From NCBI GenBank assembly GCA_032127875.1, contig JAQBHI010000049.1:40150-104149 (forward strand): a DNA stretch of 64,000 nucleotides, in the 5' to 3' direction. The number at the start of each line of letters is the position of its first letter. The stretch's first letter is position 1. The translations under genes and the position numbers were made by a program. The notes under the pieces were generated by a model. The model was not told the origin of the DNA. It worked only from the letters and a program-made list of their open reading frames with translations, and did no database searches. Below, piece by piece: positions 59,560 to 64,000 of this stretch. Origin of the DNA: Acidobacteriota bacterium. GTDB taxonomy: Bacteria; Acidobacteriota; Vicinamibacteria; Fen-336.

Positions 59560-59901
59560 GTGGAGATCACTGCAGAACAGGTCGCCAGCGTCCTCGTGCT
59601 CTCGCCGCAGGGGCGCCTCGACAGCAACACCTCGCCCCGGCTCGAGGAGCGTGCGTTTCTGGAGATCAGCGGCGGGACCACGCGCCTGGTGGTCGACCTG
59701 TCCGCCATCGACTACATCAGCAGCGCTGGAGTGCGCGCGTTTCTCGCCGTGGCCAGAAGACTCAAGGACCCGCCTGCCCGCCTCGTGCTGTGCGGCATGG
59801 CGCCCAGCGTCAGGCAGATCTTCGATCTCGCGGGGTTCACGGCGATCTTCGCGATCGAGGGCATGCGCGACGACGCCCTGGCCCGCGCCGCCGGGCCGTG
59901 A
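59560..59901 (+). CDS. STAS-domain anti-sigma factor antagonist
   Basis: SpoIIAA-like (LSAIDYISSAGVRAFLAV ... VRQIFDLAGF). GTG start. Confidence 0.7.
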   Translation: MEITAEQVASVLVLSPQGRLDSNTSPRLEERAFLEISGGTTRLVVDLSAIDYISSAGVRAFLAVARRLKDPPARLVLCGMAPSVRQIFDLAGFTAIFAIEGMRDDALARAAGP

Positions 59902-61154
59902 GCGACGGCCGGCGGCTGCGCTCGCTGCTCGACGTCTCGCAGGCGATGGCGGCGGAGATCGACCTGGAGGCGCTGCTCGAGGTGATCCTGCGGCGCGCCA
60001 ACGAGATCATGGAGGCCGAGCGCAGCAGCCTCTTCATCTACGAAGAGACGACACAGACGCTCTCGAACCGGATCTCGGGGGCCCTGAAGCCTGGCAGCGT
60101 GCGCGTCGCCCTGGGTGAAGGCATTGCGGGGCACGTCGCGAAGACGCAAGCGGTTCTGAACGTCCCCGACGCCTACGCCGACCCGCGCTTCAACCCGAGC
60201 TTCGACAAGGAAACGAGTTTCCGCACGCGGTCGATCCTGTGCGCGCCGATGGTCGCGCGCAACGGCCGGCTGATGGGCGTGCTGCAGGCGCTCAACAAGG
60301 CCGGGGGGGGCGCCTTCACGGGCGAAGACGAGGAGCTGTTGTTGGCTTTTGCCTCGCACGCGGCGATCGCGCTCGATCGTGCGCAACTGGTCGAGGCCTT
60401 CGTCGACAAGCAGCGCATCGAAGAAAGCCTGCGCCTCGCACACGACATCCAGATGGGGATGCTGCCCCGCAGCTTCCCGGAGCGGCCGGGTCTGCGTACG
60501 TTCGCGAGACTGCTGCCGGCGCGCTCGGTGGGCGGCGACCTCTACGATGTGGTGGACCTGGGCGATCGCGTCTTCTTCCTGGTGGGCGACGTGTCCGGCA
60601 AGGGCGTTCCCGCCGCGCTGTTCATGGCGGTGACCAGGACGCTGCTGCGCGCGAGCGTCGAGATCGAGCGCACGCCCGCCGCCGTGCTGGCCCGCGTCAA
60701 CCGCGAGCTCAGCCGCGACAACGAGCGATCGATGTTCGTCACCGCTTTCGTCGGTTGCCTGGAGCTGGCCAGCGGCGAGCTCCAGTTCTCGAACGCGGGC
60801 CACAATCCCCCCTACCGGGTTGACCGTGACGGAGGGATCACCGAGGTACAAGACGCCCACGGGATGGCGATGGGGATCCTGGAAGAGTTCCCCTACACGA
60901 CCGGAAGCTTGAAGCTCGACGCCGGTGACGGGCTGTTCCTCTTCACCGATGGCGTGGTCGAGGCGCTGAACCGGCCGGGCGAGCAGTTCGGGTCCGAACG
61001 TCTCATGGCCTACCTGACCGCGAGCGCGCAGTCGCCTCCCGAGGCCGTCGTGCGAGGCGTCCTTGCTTCCGTGTCGGCGTTCGTCGGCGACGCCCCCCAG
61101 TTCGACGACATCACGGTGCTCTCGCTCCGCTTCGGCGACCCTCTGAAGGCGTGA
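59898..61154 (+). CDS. GAF-domain plus PP2C-type Ser/Thr phosphatase (RsbU/SpoIIE-like)
   Basis: GTG overlapping the STAS stop (GTGA). GAF domain, then PP2C motifs (GGDLYDV, FLVGDVSGKGVPAALFMA, FTDGVVEA). Confidence 0.8.
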   Translation: MSDGRRLRSLLDVSQAMAAEIDLEALLEVILRRANEIMEAERSSLFIYEETTQTLSNRISGALKPGSVRVALGEGIAGHVAKTQAVLNVPDAYADPRFNPSFDKETSFRTRSILCAPMVARNGRLMGVLQALNKAGGGAFTGEDEELLLAFASHAAIALDRAQLVEAFVDKQRIEESLRLAHDIQMGMLPRSFPERPGLRTFARLLPARSVGGDLYDVVDLGDRVFFLVGDVSGKGVPAALFMAVTRTLLRASVEIERTPAAVLARVNRELSRDNERSMFVTAFVGCLELASGELQFSNAGHNPPYRVDRDGGITEVQDAHGMAMGILEEFPYTTGSLKLDAGDGLFLFTDGVVEALNRPGEQFGSERLMAYLTASAQSPPEAVVRGVLASVSAFVGDAPQFDDITVLSLRFGDPLKA

Positions 61155-61160
61155 TGCGGC

Positions 61161-62807
61161 TCAGGGCCGGGAGAGGTAGCGAGCCACCAGGATCGCGATG
61201 TCGTCCGACTGGGGCGCTTCGCCCGAAAACTCCTGAACGGCGCGCAGCGACCCTTCCACGATGCCCTGCGCTGGTGCGCCGCAGAGCGCGCGCAGGCAGG
61301 CTTCGAGCCGCGCCTCCGTGTACTGCGCTTGGCCGGGCTCCTGGGCCTCGGTGACGCCGTCGGTGTAGAGGTAGAGCGCTTCGCCGGGGTCGAGCCGCAC
61401 GTGTCCCGGGGCATAGGCCTGGCCCGCCACGACACCCAAGGCCATGCCCGCGGCCTCGTCGAGGCGGAGCAGCGAGCCCTCGCTTCCGAGGACGTAAGGA
61501 CGGTTGTGGCCCGCATTGGCGAAGCGGAGGTCGCCGCTGCCGAGGTCAAGGCAGGCGGCGAAGGCCGTGACGAACATCGCGCTCTCGTTGTCGCGGGCGA
61601 GCTCGCGGTTCATGGCCGTGAGCACGGCGGCAGGCGAGGCCTGCGCCTGGAGCAGGGCACGGAACAGCGTCTTCGTCACCGCCATCAGCAAGGCTGCGGG
61701 GAAACCCTTTCCCGAGACGTCGCCCACCAGCAGCCACAGGCCGCGTTCGTCCATCACGAAGTCGTAGAGATCTCCTCCCACCGCGCGGGCCGATTTCAGG
61801 GTCGCCGCCAGCTCGAACTCGGCCCGGCGCGGGAACTCCCGCGGCAGCATGGCCATCTGGACCTCGCGGGCGAGATCGAGCTCCTTTTCCAGGAGCAGAT
61901 GGCGGGCCGCCTGCTCGGTCAGCGTGAGGTTGCGGATGCGCAGGGCGGCCGCCGACGCCAGGGACACCAGGAGCCCGAGGTCCTCCTCCGAGAAGCGCCG
62001 CACGTGGAGCCGGGAATTCAGCACGATCATGCCGAGGCAGCCGTCGCCGTCGAGAAGCGGAGCGGCGACCAGGCTTCGCACGCCGGCGAACTGGATACTC
62101 TCGGATCCCGCGAACCGATCGTCGACGCCGACGTCCGCCACGAGAGCCGCCATGCGTTTCTCGTTGACCTCGCGAACCAGGCTGCGTGAACACAGGAACT
62201 CGCCGACGACGTCCGGGTGGCGGCGGCTGGCCGCCGGGTAGAGTTCTCCCGAGGCTCCCTTCAGGAAGATGGCGCCCTCTTCGGGCTTCAGGTGTTCGAA
62301 GGCTCTGTCCAGGATAAGGTCGAGCAGCGCTTCGCGGGTGATGGGTTCGGCGAGGGCGCGGTGCACTTCGTTGATCAGCTCGAGCCGGCCTGTCAGCCGT
62401 CGCAGCGTCGCTTCGTCCGCGCTATTTCGCTCCCAGCTCCGCACCTGTGTCTCGAGCTCCAGCGCCGACTTGAAGATCCCCTGGATCGCCGGTGCGGACG
62501 ACGCCGCGGCGGCCGTGGGCCCAATCGTCACGCGGGTCGAACCCAGCCTCAGCACGTCCCCGGGGCGCACGGGAGTTCGCCCGGAGACGGCGTGCTCGTT
62601 GAGCAGCGTCGGGTTGTGCGAGCCCAGGTCTTCCAGGATCCACTCTTCGCCCTCGGGCACGAGCCGGGCGTGCAGCCGGGACAGGAACCGATCGGGGATC
62701 ACGAGGTCGGCCTTGCGCGAGCGGCCCATCACCAGGCAGGGCCCCGAACACTCACGGGAGAAGGCGACGCCCGACGGCGGCGTGACGACCAGCTGCAGTG
62801 GCGTCAA
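61161..62807 (-). CDS. FHA-domain plus GAF-domain plus PP2C-type phosphatase
   Basis: N-terminal FHA (CLVMGRSRKADLVIPDRFLSRLHARL ... LEDLGSHNPTLLN). GAF. SpoIIE-type PP2C (VGDVSGKGFPAALLMA). Confidence 0.8.
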   Translation of the reverse strand: MTPLQLVVTPPSGVAFSRECSGPCLVMGRSRKADLVIPDRFLSRLHARLVPEGEEWILEDLGSHNPTLLNEHAVSGRTPVRPGDVLRLGSTRVTIGPTAAAASSAPAIQGIFKSALELETQVRSWERNSADEATLRRLTGRLELINEVHRALAEPITREALLDLILDRAFEHLKPEEGAIFLKGASGELYPAASRRHPDVVGEFLCSRSLVREVNEKRMAALVADVGVDDRFAGSESIQFAGVRSLVAAPLLDGDGCLGMIVLNSRLHVRRFSEEDLGLLVSLASAAALRIRNLTLTEQAARHLLLEKELDLAREVQMAMLPREFPRRAEFELAATLKSARAVGGDLYDFVMDERGLWLLVGDVSGKGFPAALLMAVTKTLFRALLQAQASPAAVLTAMNRELARDNESAMFVTAFAACLDLGSGDLRFANAGHNRPYVLGSEGSLLRLDEAAGMALGVVAGQAYAPGHVRLDPGEALYLYTDGVTEAQEPGQAQYTEARLEACLRALCGAPAQGIVEGSLRAVQEFSGEAPQSDDIAILVARYLSRP

Positions 62808-63154
62808 GGCGACGGGGCGTTCGCGAGCCGCGTGATCGCCAGTTCCCGTGAAGCCTCCATCTCGAAGAGCGAGACGAAGCCGGCCAGCTCGAACACCTGT
62901 CGCACGGCCGGGCCCAGCGAGCTCAGCACGATGCGGCCGGAACGCTCCTTCTGCTTCCGGGCCAGCCGCAGCAGGACGCGGAGCCCCGCGCTGCTGATGT
63001 ACTCCACGGCCCGCATCTCCAGAACCAGCTTCGCCTCGCCCTGGGCCACCAGGCCGAGCAGGCTTTGCTCCAGTTTATCGGACGTGACAGCGTCGACGCG
63101 GCCGACCGGGACCACGACCACGACGTCGCCGCTTCTCTCATGGCTGATCTCCAT
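62804..63154 (-). CDS. STAS-domain anti-sigma factor antagonist
   Basis: ATG 63154 with GAGGGA upstream. EYISSAGLRVLL ... VRQVFELAGF. Its stop overlaps the phosphatase start. Confidence 0.7.
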   Translation of the reverse strand: MEISHERSGDVVVVVPVGRVDAVTSDKLEQSLLGLVAQGEAKLVLEMRAVEYISSAGLRVLLRLARKQKERSGRIVLSSLGPAVRQVFELAGFVSLFEMEASRELAITRLANAPSP

Positions 63155-63162
63155 GGTTTCCC

Positions 63163-63594
63163 TCAGGCCTCTTCCATGAGCTTCCTTCGGAGCCGGAGCC
63201 GGTTGCGTTCTCCGCGCCGCTCGTACTCGACGACCTCCATGAGCTTGCGCAAGAGGGCGATGCCCAGGCCGCCGACCTGTCTCTCCTCGAGGGGCAGCTC
63301 GGTGTCGGGCGTAGGGGCCTCGAGCGGATTGAACGCCGGAGCGTCGTCGACGATCAGCATCTCGATCTCCCGGCCCTGGAGCCGCAGTTCGATCTCGATC
63401 GCGGTCCCTTCGCCGCCGCCTGACAGCCCGTGGCCGACGATGTTGGACAACGTCTCGTCGAGCGCGACCTGGAAGGGCCAGACCTCGCCCTTCGAGAGCC
63501 CGTGGGCTGCCGAGAACGCCTCGAAGCGCTCCGCCGCCAGCCGAAGGCCCTCCTTCGAGCCCGGCACGCGCATTCTCTCGCAGGCTTCCATCAT
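63163..63594 (-). CDS. Anti-sigma regulatory factor (RsbW/SpoIIAB-like Ser kinase, GHKL ATPase)
   Basis: HATPase_c-like (ALDETLSNIVGHG ... IEIEL ... VDDAPAFNP ... GGLGIALLRKL). Confidence 0.75.
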   Translation of the reverse strand: MMEACERMRVPGSKEGLRLAAERFEAFSAAHGLSKGEVWPFQVALDETLSNIVGHGLSGGGEGTAIEIELRLQGREIEMLIVDDAPAFNPLEAPTPDTELPLEERQVGGLGIALLRKLMEVVEYERRGERNRLRLRRKLMEEA

Positions 63595-63691
63595 GGGACG
63601 GCGAACCTGCTGGATAGTAACCCGGCCGTGGTTGCGGCGCCGCCGCGCCGTGATAGCCTCCTATCAACTTTTGGATCCGCGACGTGTATTT

Positions 63692-64000
63692 ATGGTCGAT
63701 GGGGGGGACGACAACGAGTTCGTCGACCGGTGCCTTCATGGCGACCTCGAGGCCTTCGCGCCCCTCGTGGCCCGGTACCAGAGGCCGCTCTACAACGTGG
63801 CCCTGCGCATGGTCAGGGATCGCGAAGATGCACGCGACATCACGCAGACCGCATTCGTCAAGGCCTGGGAGAAGCTCGGAAGCTTCGACCCTAAGCGCCG
63901 CTTCTTCAGTTGGATCTATAGGATCGCGCTCAACGAGTGCCTCAACTTCGTCTCGCGACGCCCGCGGGAGCAGCCCCTCCAGACGGAACTGCCCTCGGCC
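63692..64000 (+). CDS. ECF-type RNA polymerase sigma factor, 3'-truncated at the window end
   Basis: Sigma-70 region 2 (FAPLVARYQRPLYNVALRMVRDREDARDITQTAFVKAWEKL ... SWIYRIALNECLNF). Absent from the ORF track because no stop lies inside the window. Confidence 0.7.
   Translation, partial: MVDGGDDNEFVDRCLHGDLEAFAPLVARYQRPLYNVALRMVRDREDARDITQTAFVKAWEKLGSFDPKRRFFSWIYRIALNECLNFVSRRPREQPLQTELPSA

Noticed and set aside
59334-59708. 5' extension of the aminotransferase ORF across 59334-59708
   Set aside because: It overlaps the tRNA-Leu gene in antisense; the RRRDLNPHTPCEVPDFESGASAIPPLRPK translation is the classic antisense-tRNA peptide. The real gene starts at the ATG at 59333.

Overview
High-GC (about 70%) bacterial chromosomal window. 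It has the feel of an Acidobacteria or delta-proteobacterial accessory/metabolic region: dense operons and many translationally coupled genes with ATGA/GTGA stop-start overlaps. I recognise about 70 features. Left to right they are: (1) a glycoconjugate or lipid-type biosynthetic cluster built around a standalone NRPS-like adenylation-PCP-thioesterase protein, with an Sfp-type PPTase, GT4 and GT2 glycosyltransferases, a Wzm/Wzt ABC exporter and a methyltransferase; (2) a three-subunit molybdenum hydroxylase in S-L-M gene order whose FAD subunit carries a Cys-rich insertion (4-hydroxybenzoyl-CoA reductase-like); (3) a membrane glycan-modification cluster with two GT-C-like polytopic proteins, an SGNH hydrolase, an epimerase and a GT2; (4) a bfd-bfr iron-storage operon with an AT-rich palindromic operator; (5) an energy and transport island with two pyrophosphatases of different K+-dependence types flanking a DedA protein, pntAB(alpha2)-pntB without the alpha1 subunit, an APC permease, and an NSS transporter with a small companion ORF absent from the ORF track; (6) a Bcp-type peroxiredoxin whose peroxidatic Cys codon is an in-frame TGA (predicted selenocysteine) followed by a SECIS-like hairpin. 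The ORF track splits this gene; (7) a MarR-regulated acyl-CoA module (crotonase, ACAD, ferritin-like diiron protein, OYE flavoenzyme) and an aryl-CoA ligase / flavin reductase / creatininase-family / thioesterase operon; (8) assorted hydrolases and transporters; (9) a tRNA-Leu(CAA) followed by a partner-switching module (two STAS proteins, two GAF-PP2C phosphatases of which one also carries FHA, an RsbW-like kinase) next to a truncated ECF sigma factor. I found no CRISPR array, transposase or integrase. Several long ORFs in the track are antisense artefacts typical of high-GC DNA and were rejected. My coordinates are either ORF-track coordinates or codon arithmetic from them. Motif coordinates read directly off the sequence may be off by 1-2 nt.
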